DNA of 64,000 nucleotides from a virus, in IMG/VR virus record IMGVR_UViG_3300025133_000086, positions 5,334-69,333 of that record. One strand, 5' to 3'. Below, in pieces: positions 38,725-49,358 of this stretch; position 1 is the first letter of the stretch, and each line of letters starts with the position of its first letter. Below the pieces are notes generated by a model, which saw only the letters and a list, made by a program, of their open reading frames with translations, did no database searches and had not been told where the DNA came from. Both the position numbers and the translations under genes were made by a program.

Positions 38725-39111
38725 ATGGCACAAGGTAAATATATTAATATAAGGTACCCCTTTAAAGATAGTAATAAAGGTTTCTATCTTGACATGTCAA
38801 GCACTGACGCTGGGGCTATAAGGTCCGACCTTATGCATTTAATTCTAACTCAGAAGGGTCAAAGACTATACATGCCTGATTTCGGAACAGACCTACTTAA
38901 ATACATCTTTGACCCAAACGACACTAAAATGTTATCCGACATCAAAGCTGATATTAATGAGACCGTTAAGAAGTATATACCTAATCTAAAAATTAATGAC
39001 ATTATTGTTGAAATAGATAATAATAATGAACATAAAACAACATTAAAAATTGATTATACCGTAACTGAAGGTGTTTTTGAACAAAATGATGTTATAATAA
39101 TTAATCTGTGA
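38725..39111 (+). CDS. Baseplate wedge protein, gp25-like
   Basis: IRSDLMHLILTQKGQRLYMPDFGTDL..YIFDP. Confidence 0.92.
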   Translation: MAQGKYINIRYPFKDSNKGFYLDMSSTDAGAIRSDLMHLILTQKGQRLYMPDFGTDLLKYIFDPNDTKMLSDIKADINETVKKYIPNLKINDIIVEIDNNNEHKTTLKIDYTVTEGVFEQNDVIIINL

Positions 39112-39140
39112 ACAACATATTTATATAGAAAGAATTTATA

Positions 39141-40961
39141 ATGGCACAAAAAATACCATATTTTGCTAGAAACTTTGCTGATGTAAGAACTGAATTAGTT
39201 AATTACGTTAGGCAATATTATCCACAAATATTTAATGATTTTAACGATGCTTCAGTTGGGATGATGCTCTTGGAATTAAATGCAGCTGTTGGGGATATGC
39301 TATCGTTTAACACCGACAGGATGTTTCAAGAAACCCAAGTTAACTTTGCTCAGGAGAGGTCTAGTGTGTTAAGTATGGCTAGAACATTTGGTTTAAAGGT
39401 ACCTGGTAAAAGAGCCAGTGCAACGATTGTTGATTTCAGTGTAGTTGTGCCAGTATTTGGTGATACGTTTGATTTATCATACACACCAGTAATAAGACAA
39501 GGGGCGCAAGTATCTGGGGCTGGTAAAGTGTTCGAGACTGAGTACGATATTGACTTTTCATCACCATTTAACATTAATGGTATACCAAACCGATTGGTTA
39601 TACCAAATCTAGACGGTTCTGGTAATATTATTAATTATACGTTAACTAAAAGGGAAATGGTAATTAATGGTGTAACAAAGATATTTAAACGTGCGGTGGG
39701 TCAGAATGATGTTAGACCTTTCTTTGAGGTAACATTACCTGATAATGATGTAATATCAGTAAACTCAATAATAACCCTAGAAGGTACTAACTTTACAGAA
39801 ACACCAAGCATCGACCAATTCTTGGACTTTAATAATAGATGGTACGAAATGGACGCCTTAGCTGAAGATAAGATTTTTAAAGAGGACCAATTAGCACCTA
39901 GCACCCAATCTGGCATTAAAACGGGTAAGTGGCTTCATGTTAATAGAAGATTTATACGTGAATATACGGATTTAGGGTTCACCAACATTATATTTGGTGG
40001 TGGGTCACAAGACATTGGTTCGTTATGTGATTTTGATGTTGATAAAACGTTAATTAATAGAATTGGTGATTTCATTAACAACATGAGTTTAGGTACAACC
40101 CTAACACCAAACACCACAATGTTCATAAGCTATCGTGTAGGTGGTGGGGGGTCTACTAACATAGGTCCGAACACTATTAACACAGTTAATAACGTTAATA
40201 TAAATGTTAATGGTATTGACCCGACAGTAAATGCTTCAGTTAGAGGTTCACTATCTGTTAACAATCCAATACCAGCGATTGGTGGTAAAGAAGAGCCATC
40301 AGTTGAAGAAATACGTAACTTAGTTAGATATAATTTTTCAGCACAGAATCGTGCTGTAACAATTAAGGACTACCAGTCTAGGATACAATTAATGCCAGGT
40401 AAATTTGGTGCCCCATTTAGAACTGGGGTTATTGAAGACCAGAATAAAATAAGTGCGTATCTTTTAACACTTAATAGTGATGGTACACTATCTAATCAAA
40501 CGTCTACAACGTTAAAAAATAACATATCAGACTATCTTGCTGAATATAGAATGATGAATGATTATGTTGAGGTTAAGAGTGGTAAGGTAATTAATTTAGC
40601 CTTTGATTGTGATGTTTTTATTGACAATCAATACCCACAGACACAAATCGTTAGTCAAGTAATACAACAAATACAAGACTATATGGATATTAATAATTTT
40701 GATATGGGTGAAACAATATACTTGAGTCAACTGATTGAAAATATTAATAATGTTGGTGGTGTTTTGAACGTAATAAACTTACAAGTATTTAATAAGGTTG
40801 GTGGTGATTACTCATTAAATGAAATATCACAGACGTTGGAAGATGAACAGACGTTAGAGATTAATATATCTCAGGATTACGCCTTAATTGGTGACCCAAT
40901 TAGTATGTTTGAAATTAAATTTCCAGCTGTAGATATACGTTGTCGTGTTAGAATGGTTTAA
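39141..40961 (+). CDS. Baseplate wedge protein, gp6/GpJ-like
   Basis: RNFADVRTEL..Y, AQERSSV..A, YRVGGG..N, GGKEEPSVEEIR, QNRAVTIKDY. Confidence 0.92.
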   Translation: MAQKIPYFARNFADVRTELVNYVRQYYPQIFNDFNDASVGMMLLELNAAVGDMLSFNTDRMFQETQVNFAQERSSVLSMARTFGLKVPGKRASATIVDFSVVVPVFGDTFDLSYTPVIRQGAQVSGAGKVFETEYDIDFSSPFNINGIPNRLVIPNLDGSGNIINYTLTKREMVINGVTKIFKRAVGQNDVRPFFEVTLPDNDVISVNSIITLEGTNFTETPSIDQFLDFNNRWYEMDALAEDKIFKEDQLAPSTQSGIKTGKWLHVNRRFIREYTDLGFTNIIFGGGSQDIGSLCDFDVDKTLINRIGDFINNMSLGTTLTPNTTMFISYRVGGGGSTNIGPNTINTVNNVNINVNGIDPTVNASVRGSLSVNNPIPAIGGKEEPSVEEIRNLVRYNFSAQNRAVTIKDYQSRIQLMPGKFGAPFRTGVIEDQNKISAYLLTLNSDGTLSNQTSTTLKNNISDYLAEYRMMNDYVEVKSGKVINLAFDCDVFIDNQYPQTQIVSQVIQQIQDYMDINNFDMGETIYLSQLIENINNVGGVLNVINLQVFNKVGGDYSLNEISQTLEDEQTLEINISQDYALIGDPISMFEIKFPAVDIRCRVRMV

Positions 40962-40986
40962 TAAATAAATTGTACAATTTTTAACA

Positions 40987-41014
40987 TTGACATAAATAAA
41001 TAAATTGTTATACT
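40987..41014 (+). promoter_or_regulatory. Sigma70-like promoter
   Basis: TTGACA-N16-TATACT with TG at the extended -10 position. Confidence 0.5.
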
Positions 41015-41029
41015 ATATTAAAAATAAAA

Positions 41030-41356
41030 ATGGGTTGTAATTGTAAAAATGTAAGAGACACCACTGTTCCAGAGGGTAAATTAATGAATCAAGGTAAGGG
41101 TATTAACACCAATAATATCTTTAAATGGTTAATTTTTATTGGTATGTCGATACTATCCCCACTATATCTACCCTTTTTTATTTATTTTCTTTACAAATTA
41201 ATACTTAAAAGAGAGGACTTCGATATATCATTCATGTTAAAGTCTGCTGTTAAGCTCATTAAAACTTACATGATGGTTAAAAAACATACGGGAATTGTAC
41301 CAGCAGATTTGGAGGTCTATGATGAAAAAAGTGGGTTAGCTGTTGTAAATGTCTAA
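41030..41356 (+). CDS. Small membrane protein with N-terminal MGCNCK
   Basis: Hydrophobic IFKWLIFIGMSILSPLYLPFFIYFLY; overlaps the next start. Confidence 0.7.
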   Translation: MGCNCKNVRDTTVPEGKLMNQGKGINTNNIFKWLIFIGMSILSPLYLPFFIYFLYKLILKREDFDISFMLKSAVKLIKTYMMVKKHTGIVPADLEVYDEKSGLAVVNV

Positions 41357-44300
41357 AACAATACGAATACGAACAACACCCAATGGGGACGATAACTTCA
41401 TCAAAATCAATATGGAACAGGATTTTGATTTTGTTGAAATCCTATCATTAAAAATCTCTCAGAAAGAACTTTATACCACATTTTGTTCTGGATATGGCGC
41501 CATTGTTGGTCGTGTATCTGTTAACGGTGGGTTTGGTGTGCCAAATGCTAAAGTAAGTGTTTTTATACCAGTATCTGAACTGGATAGAGAAAACGACAAA
41601 ATATTTGGTCTATACCCATTTGAAACGATAACGGATAACGGTCCTAACGGGTTAAGGTATAACCTACTATCCAAAGACAATCAAACGAGTGATGATTGCT
41701 TTACACCTGTTGGTGATTTTCCAGATAAAAGAACATTTCTGGATGACGATGCGATGTTGGATATCTATTGTGAGTATTACAAATTTACAACAACAAGTAA
41801 CGCGGCTGGGGATTATATGATATTTGGAGCGCCAGTAGGTGCCCAAATAATGCACGTTGAGGCTGACGTATCAGATATTGGTATTATAAGTCAGGAACCG
41901 TCTGATTTTATAAGAAAGGGTTCTTCTATTGAGAATTTTGAATCCACAACAAAATTTTTTGGTAGTGATGAGGATTTAGATTTTAATTTACAAATAATAA
42001 AACAATCACCGATAAGTGTTAATGTTCAACCGTATTGGGGTGACGAGGATAATTGTAATGTCGCAATAACCAGAAGAGACATTGATTTAAAGGCTGCTGT
42101 TGAACCACATGCAATATTTATGGGTTCTATATTTGGTGATAATGATGGTAACGCTGTGAGCATACAATGTAGACCAAGTAAAAATCTAGGAACATTAAAT
42201 GACCAAACAGCTGGCTCTGGTACGATTCAAATGGTTAGAAAAACCATTGCTGGTAGTGTAGAAAGGTTTGATATAGGTGGTGGTCAATTAATTGATTCTG
42301 ACGGTACTTGGGCGTATCAAGTACCAATGAACCTAGACTATAGGGTTACTGACGAGTATGGTGACCTAGTACCTACAGATGACCCAAAGAAGGGTATACC
42401 AACAAAAGCTAAAGTAAGGTTTAGAATTAAAATGGATGTTACTGGTGGTGAAGGTAACTTAAGGGAACGTGCATCCTATTTAGTTCCGAATAATCCATTA
42501 TCGAATGGTAACGTTAAGGGGGGGTCGGCATATGAATTCGGACCAAACACGAGAGATAAAGACCTAACTGAATTTACATGGAATTCAATATATACTGTAA
42601 AGAATTTTATAAGAAGGGTTCAAAAAACTGAAAGTCCTGACGACCCAAAGGAAAGAAGTTTTCTAGGTGTTAAAGATGTCGATAGCGCTAGGGGTAAGTA
42701 CACACCATTCCCATACAATCATTTAAATTTCGAATCGGACGCTTTATTTGCCTTTATCTGTGGGTTAACAATTGCATTATCTGCTATTATTATTTTAATA
42801 AACGCTACGATAATTATGCTTATAAATGGTATTATTAATACTATAAACGATTTGTTAGGTTGGGCAGGGGTTGATTTAGACTTCATACCGTGTATAAGTC
42901 TAGAGTGCCAAGAAAAATTATTTGCACCAGGTTGCTGTTCCCCATTTTCGGTTGAGTTTCCATGTAATTCGGGTGCGCAGAATTCTTTTGGTTGTGAGCA
43001 GGCTAATGCGAACAATGGTAATAATGTTGTTTGTGTCGGGGATGATGTAGATAATGAGTGGGACGAGACACTACCACCAGGTGATGCTGGGTACACAAAT
43101 TGTGTTGCAATATCGTTAGCTGAAGATATGAATCTATTCCAGTTTGATTTTTATAATGACTGGGTTAATGGGGCGTTATACTCACCATTATTTAAAGCTA
43201 GGATAAAAGAAGGTGGTACTGGTGAACATAAATTTTGTGAATGGTCTTCTGGTGGTAGCCCAGCAAATATGAGTATTGATAATGATGGTGCTAATGGTCC
43301 AGATAATAGTAATTATAATGACTTATATATAATCGAATCTTGTTGGGGTGTGCCACACCCTTGTAGTAATCACGACCCATCCTGTGGTCCATTCGACCCA
43401 TGGGCGGTACCTATTTTAAATAAGTCAGGTATAAAACGTGTTGGTTCTAACCCAGTAAGAAACGGTTTAATTGTTTATTATGATAATCAATATTATTACT
43501 CATCAGCACTTAGAGACCATGATGATTTGGTTCTAGCAACAGATATTGTTACCTTAGGGTCAAGTGTAAGATGCCATTGGCTGGGCCTACCGTCAATTCA
43601 TGAATTATTTGTTGATACAACCTATAAGTTACCACCATATTTATTTGTCAAGGACCTTACTACCAATGACAGGTTAACGACTGGTATGGATGGGTTATCA
43701 GTAAAGGTTAAACACTCATTATTTTTTGAAATTAATTGTTTCTTTTTAAGAACGAACGGTAGGACCTGTGGTAATATTAGAAGACAATGTGAATTGGGTG
43801 TAGGGTTGGACGAAATTAGAAACGGTACACCACCACCTGTCGAATACCCAAGAATAAATCATGAAGATATTGACGTTAAATTTTCTAGAAGTGTTTTTGC
43901 TTGGATGAATAACCAAGCACTACAAACTTTATATCCTTCACCATTTGATGTTAATGTTGATTTTGATGCTGAACCTGAATGTGGAGTTCAAATGGGTGAA
44001 CCTGATTATAATAGATTTAGGTATCATTGGGCCAGTCCTAGTGACACGGGTACTCTATGTGCTTTAAGGCCAAGCCCATATGACTCTTTTTATTTTTATT
44101 TTGGTTTAAATAGGAGTAAAACAGCCTTAGCGAAACTTAATTCAAAATACTTTGCACCATGCCCAGTTAAAGATAAACCAGATTTTCTAATATTGGGTGA
44201 CGTCACTAGTAGTACTATTCTATGTAGTAATGATGTCGGTAATGGTGCTATTGATGTTACAATACAAGGTGGTACCGCACCCTTTACCTATACTTGGACT

Positions 44301-45368
44301 TCACCATACCCACCTAACCAAATAGTTTATGTTGGTAACGCGGATTATCAAATAGATTTCGATAATGGTGTTGGTGATTTAGAGGACCTTTGTGGTGGTG
44401 CATACACCTTAACAGTATTGGATGCAAATGGTTTATCTTCAACAATAACGTTTATTGTTGGTGAACCACAACCAGTTACATGTCTAACTAGTGCAATACC
44501 AACATCACAATTTGGGGCAGCTGATGGTATTATAAATGTAACAATTAATTATGGTTCCCCACCTTATATTATGGACATAACCCCAGACCCTAATAATCAG
44601 TATCCGATAACTGTATCCGAAGCTGGTACAACTCAAATTACAGATTTACCTATTGGAACCTACACTATTGATATCACTGACGCTAATGTTGAAACTACAC
44701 AATGTGTTGCAGAGGTGACAGAACCACTAGGGTTAAGTGCGTTAATAAATCGGGATTATAATGTAGGTAATGACCCGATTGATAACCCTAACGACATTTA
44801 TGACCCACTTAGTTACCCAAACTATAATATTAATAGTTCGAGCTGTGGTACCAACTGCGTGGAAACCAATGTGTTATGTAATGGTGATGATAACGGTGTG
44901 ATTAGGGTAATGCCATTTGGTGGTACACCACCCTATACTGCAACAACAGTCAACGGTGCTGGTGATACATTCGGCAATATTCCTGGTGGAACCCCAACAG
45001 TGTTTACATTCGGAGCGTTAGGGGTAGACAGTTATATTGTAACCGTAGAGGATTATGTTGGTGGGGTTGTATCGTATACTGTTCTTGTTTCGAACCCACC
45101 AGTCTTTGAGGTAAATAATAATAATCTTGTTGGTATCCCAATACTTACATCAAGTAGTATAGAGTACACAGTAGCACCATACATCGTTGGTGAAGATATA
45201 ATCTATTATCTATACGATAGTGGCGGTAATAATCTAATTGACTCAGAGACGGTTGCTAGTGCTACGCATACATTTAATGGTTTAGACCCTAGTACTGACT
45301 ATCAAATAGCTGCAAAAAATAGTAATGGTTGCTATAGTGTTAAATTAGGGGTATCAACAACAGCTTAG
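41349..45368 (+). CDS. Large baseplate-region protein with internal hydrophobic segment, Cys-rich region, three SprB-like repeats and a C-terminal FN3-like domain
   Basis: C..D.GNGAIDVTIQGGTAPFTYTW..LCGGAYTLTVLDANG-type repeats; HTFNGLDPSTDYQI (FN3). Confidence 0.7.
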   Translation: MSKTIRIRTTPNGDDNFIKINMEQDFDFVEILSLKISQKELYTTFCSGYGAIVGRVSVNGGFGVPNAKVSVFIPVSELDRENDKIFGLYPFETITDNGPNGLRYNLLSKDNQTSDDCFTPVGDFPDKRTFLDDDAMLDIYCEYYKFTTTSNAAGDYMIFGAPVGAQIMHVEADVSDIGIISQEPSDFIRKGSSIENFESTTKFFGSDEDLDFNLQIIKQSPISVNVQPYWGDEDNCNVAITRRDIDLKAAVEPHAIFMGSIFGDNDGNAVSIQCRPSKNLGTLNDQTAGSGTIQMVRKTIAGSVERFDIGGGQLIDSDGTWAYQVPMNLDYRVTDEYGDLVPTDDPKKGIPTKAKVRFRIKMDVTGGEGNLRERASYLVPNNPLSNGNVKGGSAYEFGPNTRDKDLTEFTWNSIYTVKNFIRRVQKTESPDDPKERSFLGVKDVDSARGKYTPFPYNHLNFESDALFAFICGLTIALSAIIILINATIIMLINGIINTINDLLGWAGVDLDFIPCISLECQEKLFAPGCCSPFSVEFPCNSGAQNSFGCEQANANNGNNVVCVGDDVDNEWDETLPPGDAGYTNCVAISLAEDMNLFQFDFYNDWVNGALYSPLFKARIKEGGTGEHKFCEWSSGGSPANMSIDNDGANGPDNSNYNDLYIIESCWGVPHPCSNHDPSCGPFDPWAVPILNKSGIKRVGSNPVRNGLIVYYDNQYYYSSALRDHDDLVLATDIVTLGSSVRCHWLGLPSIHELFVDTTYKLPPYLFVKDLTTNDRLTTGMDGLSVKVKHSLFFEINCFFLRTNGRTCGNIRRQCELGVGLDEIRNGTPPPVEYPRINHEDIDVKFSRSVFAWMNNQALQTLYPSPFDVNVDFDAEPECGVQMGEPDYNRFRYHWASPSDTGTLCALRPSPYDSFYFYFGLNRSKTALAKLNSKYFAPCPVKDKPDFLILGDVTSSTILCSNDVGNGAIDVTIQGGTAPFTYTWTSPYPPNQIVYVGNADYQIDFDNGVGDLEDLCGGAYTLTVLDANGLSSTITFIVGEPQPVTCLTSAIPTSQFGAADGIINVTINYGSPPYIMDITPDPNNQYPITVSEAGTTQITDLPIGTYTIDITDANVETTQCVAEVTEPLGLSALINRDYNVGNDPIDNPNDIYDPLSYPNYNINSSSCGTNCVETNVLCNGDDNGVIRVMPFGGTPPYTATTVNGAGDTFGNIPGGTPTVFTFGALGVDSYIVTVEDYVGGVVSYTVLVSNPPVFEVNNNNLVGIPILTSSSIEYTVAPYIVGEDIIYYLYDSGGNNLIDSETVASATHTFNGLDPSTDYQIAAKNSNGCYSVKLGVSTTA

Positions 45369-45437
45369 TATTATAACTAACTTTATTTTTAGATAAAACT
45401 TCATATAATATATTTACCATTATAGGGTGAATTAAAA

Positions 45438-47264
45438 ATGAACAACGATAGAATAAAGCATAGGTTACAGGGCACTGATTCACAGTTAAGTACAGATACC
45501 GACACGTTTATTAATTTGAATTTAGAGGGTAGTAGGAGAGTGCTACCTGAAAACGAGATTAATGAGGTTGTAAATACTGCTGAAGTTTTCAATAACGAAA
45601 GACAGTCCAGTAAAATATATCGGGTACTAGGTACAATAAAACCTATAATTAGTAATGTACTGTTTAACATGGAAGGTGACTTACCCAACCCGACAACTCA
45701 ATTTTCAGATACAGCATCATATGGTTGGAGTGTTTTCAATAGTGATAGATTCAGATTAGACCCTATAGATAATTTTAATAATGATACTGGTCAGTATACT
45801 GGTCTAACATATGCTCAGTCCTATAAGAAATTTTTAAAAGAAAAGGATGGTTGGTTTGGGTTTTATAACCCAGATATTTTATATACTGGTAGTTGTGATT
45901 TCTACACTATGGAACCAAAAAAGGAAAGGTTCTCATTAAAACCTAGCGACACTAAAAAGTGGGAATTAACAATAACATACCCATTTTCTGCCGACACCAC
46001 ACATTTTCTAGTTACTGGTACAACTTTCGGTGGCCTTAAAATTATCGGTAGACAAGACGTAACTATAGGTGGTGTACCTAGCGTAGCATTTTCAACACCA
46101 GTTAGACATAACCTCAAACAAGGGGATTTAGTTTTCATTGAGGGTCTAAACCCAAACACTCTAGATGATTATTACCGTGTAACAAGAACAGGTCTTGACG
46201 ATGGTAGTGATATGGAATATTATTTTTCCGTTGGTATTGATAACGCAGTTATTAGCGGTGTAGGTAGCGCTAGATTCAGAAGAGTTTTAGGTGGTAGAGA
46301 GAATGGTTTTCAGTCTAAATATTACTTACGGCTATTCAAAAAAATAACAACAGTCAATACTAATATCAATAACGGGACGATTGAGGATGATGATTATGAA
46401 ATATATCAAGCAGCATTTTCTCAAACAGTATTCAACGATGAAGTTTGTCAGTTTGTTTTTAATGAGGATATAGATGTCGGTAATATAACCGATAATCTTG
46501 GTCGACCAATCAGTGAGATGTTTTTAACTACAATTAAAACAAGGGATTCTAACCCCATAAATGGTCAAAATTTTTTCACAGATATACAAGCTGGTTTAGA
46601 TTGTGGTAATGTTGTTGGTATTTCTTCACCTGATTTTTATCCAGATATACCTGACGTAAGACAACTTAGGGATGGCCCGCCGAATGGTTTATCAAATTAC
46701 AATGACTCACCACTCCCACTCACCGCGAATGTTCGTATATCTGATGATATTTTTTATGGTGATATTGTCGAATACAACGATTACGAATTAATCGAACATG
46801 TATTAGGTGGTGTTGGTCATAGATTTAACACTGAGGATAGAATAGGTACTGGGGGTATAGCCGAAGGTCCTAGACACGAAGGTTATTTTTATTATCCTCA
46901 CCATAGGATTAAAATAAGGGACTTTTCAGCGTATGTTGAGCAAGGTAATGCTAACACGGTTGGTATACCTGATTATGCTTTTGATTTGGGTGACGGGAGA
47001 TGGTTATGGCGTGATTTATTGGATATTGGTATAAACAATGGTCAAGAAGAAACGCTTAATTACCCATACTTAAATGGTGCCCACTATATGTACCAGAATT
47101 TTTGTTTTCCAGTAAGAAGACAAGACCCATACGGTCAATATGACCTGTATTATGGTTATGAAACCGACCCGATTGACGGGCAACTTAATTATGAGCCGTT
47201 TGATATAGTTGGTGTGGGTATAACTGATAACTTTGATGTAAACTCTGCTGAAGATGCTTGTTGA
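45438..47264 (+). CDS. Putative baseplate/structural protein
   Basis: 608 aa in the structural module with TATTTA upstream. Confidence 0.6.
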   Translation: MNNDRIKHRLQGTDSQLSTDTDTFINLNLEGSRRVLPENEINEVVNTAEVFNNERQSSKIYRVLGTIKPIISNVLFNMEGDLPNPTTQFSDTASYGWSVFNSDRFRLDPIDNFNNDTGQYTGLTYAQSYKKFLKEKDGWFGFYNPDILYTGSCDFYTMEPKKERFSLKPSDTKKWELTITYPFSADTTHFLVTGTTFGGLKIIGRQDVTIGGVPSVAFSTPVRHNLKQGDLVFIEGLNPNTLDDYYRVTRTGLDDGSDMEYYFSVGIDNAVISGVGSARFRRVLGGRENGFQSKYYLRLFKKITTVNTNINNGTIEDDDYEIYQAAFSQTVFNDEVCQFVFNEDIDVGNITDNLGRPISEMFLTTIKTRDSNPINGQNFFTDIQAGLDCGNVVGISSPDFYPDIPDVRQLRDGPPNGLSNYNDSPLPLTANVRISDDIFYGDIVEYNDYELIEHVLGGVGHRFNTEDRIGTGGIAEGPRHEGYFYYPHHRIKIRDFSAYVEQGNANTVGIPDYAFDLGDGRWLWRDLLDIGINNGQEETLNYPYLNGAHYMYQNFCFPVRRQDPYGQYDLYYGYETDPIDGQLNYEPFDIVGVGITDNFDVNSAEDAC

Positions 47265-48123
47265 TAGATACCAAGTAAAAATACCAAGGATAGACTCAAG
47301 TGCAACGACAATAAACGTTCCAATTGACCTAACACCACAAATGGTCGACCAATCTGAAATTGTTAATAGAGAGTTTGTTTCGGTCGAGGTTGATAATGCT
47401 ATAAATCCAACTTTGGATTATGAAAAGGTAAGATTCTTACCAGCAAAGGTTAGCCCAAACGCAACAGCGACAACGGTTAGCAACCCTGTTATTATGCAAC
47501 AAGTTATTTATAAAATAAGTCTTTTGGATAGTTTTGGTAATTATTTTTTACCAGACACATCATATGCTGATGCGGGTTTTAGTGATGACGATTTACGATA
47601 CAGAAAAAATAAAGTAACCAAATCATTTTTACAACTATCTTTTTATGATTCAGATATAGTAACCGACCAAAGATTGGTTGCTTCAATGTCTATAAATCCG
47701 AATATAACCTTAGCCGACATACAACCCAATAGTACACTATATCCAGTAGCTGATAAATTACTAGAATTTAGGTTAAGGAACCCACTAACAGACGATGAGG
47801 CTTTTGGTGAGGGCTTTTTTGTTTATTATTTTAAAGATGAGGTCGATATAAATCTACCAGAATTTTTATATATGAGGGCAACCTTTAATAACGCCAAAAC
47901 TGGTGTGGCAACTGGATTAATGGTTGATGCTAATGTACCAGCGATAGATGAGCTAGTTGGTCAACTACACACTAGATACGTTCTACACAGAACAGTAACA
48001 GGTTATTATTACGCTATAGATGATGCGTTTGGTGTGACACCACCTGCAACAACTAATAACGTGGTTTATAATACAATAACACAATCAGTTACTATAAATT
48101 TATATGAAGTAAACGTATCATAA
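47254..48123 (+). CDS. Putative structural protein
   Basis: 289 aa, translationally coupled to its neighbours. Confidence 0.6.
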   Translation: MLVDRYQVKIPRIDSSATTINVPIDLTPQMVDQSEIVNREFVSVEVDNAINPTLDYEKVRFLPAKVSPNATATTVSNPVIMQQVIYKISLLDSFGNYFLPDTSYADAGFSDDDLRYRKNKVTKSFLQLSFYDSDIVTDQRLVASMSINPNITLADIQPNSTLYPVADKLLEFRLRNPLTDDEAFGEGFFVYYFKDEVDINLPEFLYMRATFNNAKTGVATGLMVDANVPAIDELVGQLHTRYVLHRTVTGYYYAIDDAFGVTPPATTNNVVYNTITQSVTINLYEVNVS

Positions 48124-48124
48124 T

Positions 48125-49312
48125 ATGAAAGTACTAAGACGTAAAATATTATTAGATGACCTAAAAAGGTTTGATGACGGGGTGGTTTACGATACGATAA
48201 CAGCAACATCAATCTACATGAAGGTTGAAATGACCCAAACTATCGATGATTTGGGTATGGTTACTAATTTACCATTTATACCAAATGGTGCTGAATGTGC
48301 TCAATTTGACGGCTCAATTATTGTTACAAATGTAACATGTTATGACCCCAACTCACCAGCACCGTCAAGCGCATACATAAACGTAACGGTATATGGTGGG
48401 CAAGCACCGTATACTTATAATTTTTCCTCTGGTACCACCTCAATACTCAATGTGACAACAAACAACACAAACTATATGTTACAGAACTTAGCCGCTGGTT
48501 ATTATTCGGTAGAGGTCGTTGATAATTTAGGTTGTGTTGTGTCGTTAGCAGGTATCTCAGAAAATCTATCTGATGTGGTAACACCAACAGGGTATGTTAT
48601 TTTGGGTGTGGAATACGATGGAATACCACCTGGTACCCACATACCTTTTACGGATATAACAACAACTATAAGTGTTTGCGAAGGTACTGACGTAACTTTA
48701 GGTATTAATGATTACACCGATTACAGTGAGGTGTTATGGAGTACAAATGAAACTACAGAGACGATTCAGGTTACACAAAGTGGTAATTATTCAGTCCAAG
48801 CGTCCAATGGTGACTGCTTTGGGGGTACACCAGAAGTTAACATATTTCTTTATTCAGATAATGCCAGTCAGTTAGAAAGCCAATTAATTATTGAACCAGA
48901 CACTGATGTATCTGGGCTACAAGGTGATGGAACACAACAAGACCCATATATACTACCGTGTAACCCAGAAACAACGACAACACCTAGATTCCGTGCAAGA
49001 TTACAATCAGGTGTTAACCCAGCGAATTTTAATTGCCTTTATAGTAATTGGCATTCATCATGGCCAACAAATCCGCATTATTTTTATCAAGATAGTGAAT
49101 TAGGACTCTTTAACGTCAATCAAAGTCAAGAATTAATAGCCGACCCAGATAATTTAGGGAATAGTTTATCACCAAACCAATGTCCACCAGATAACCCTTG
49201 TGGCATTTTTCTTAAAAGTAGAAGTTGTGGTTGTACAAATACAGTTTTAGTTCAAAGTAATATAATTTGGGTGGCATATGGCACTAGCCCTGGTTGTGTG
49301 GATGTAATATGA
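48125..49312 (+). CDS. Putative structural protein with SprB-like repeat and Ig/PKD-like domain
   Basis: VTNVTC...INVTVYGGQAPYTY...NLAAGYYSVEVVDNLGC; ISVCEG..VTL...WSTNETTETIQVTQSGNYSV. Confidence 0.7.
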   Translation: MKVLRRKILLDDLKRFDDGVVYDTITATSIYMKVEMTQTIDDLGMVTNLPFIPNGAECAQFDGSIIVTNVTCYDPNSPAPSSAYINVTVYGGQAPYTYNFSSGTTSILNVTTNNTNYMLQNLAAGYYSVEVVDNLGCVVSLAGISENLSDVVTPTGYVILGVEYDGIPPGTHIPFTDITTTISVCEGTDVTLGINDYTDYSEVLWSTNETTETIQVTQSGNYSVQASNGDCFGGTPEVNIFLYSDNASQLESQLIIEPDTDVSGLQGDGTQQDPYILPCNPETTTTPRFRARLQSGVNPANFNCLYSNWHSSWPTNPHYFYQDSELGLFNVNQSQELIADPDNLGNSLSPNQCPPDNPCGIFLKSRSCGCTNTVLVQSNIIWVAYGTSPGCVDVI

Positions 49313-49358
49313 AGAAATAATACAGGTTGACAATAAATATTAAAAATAACATCATAAT

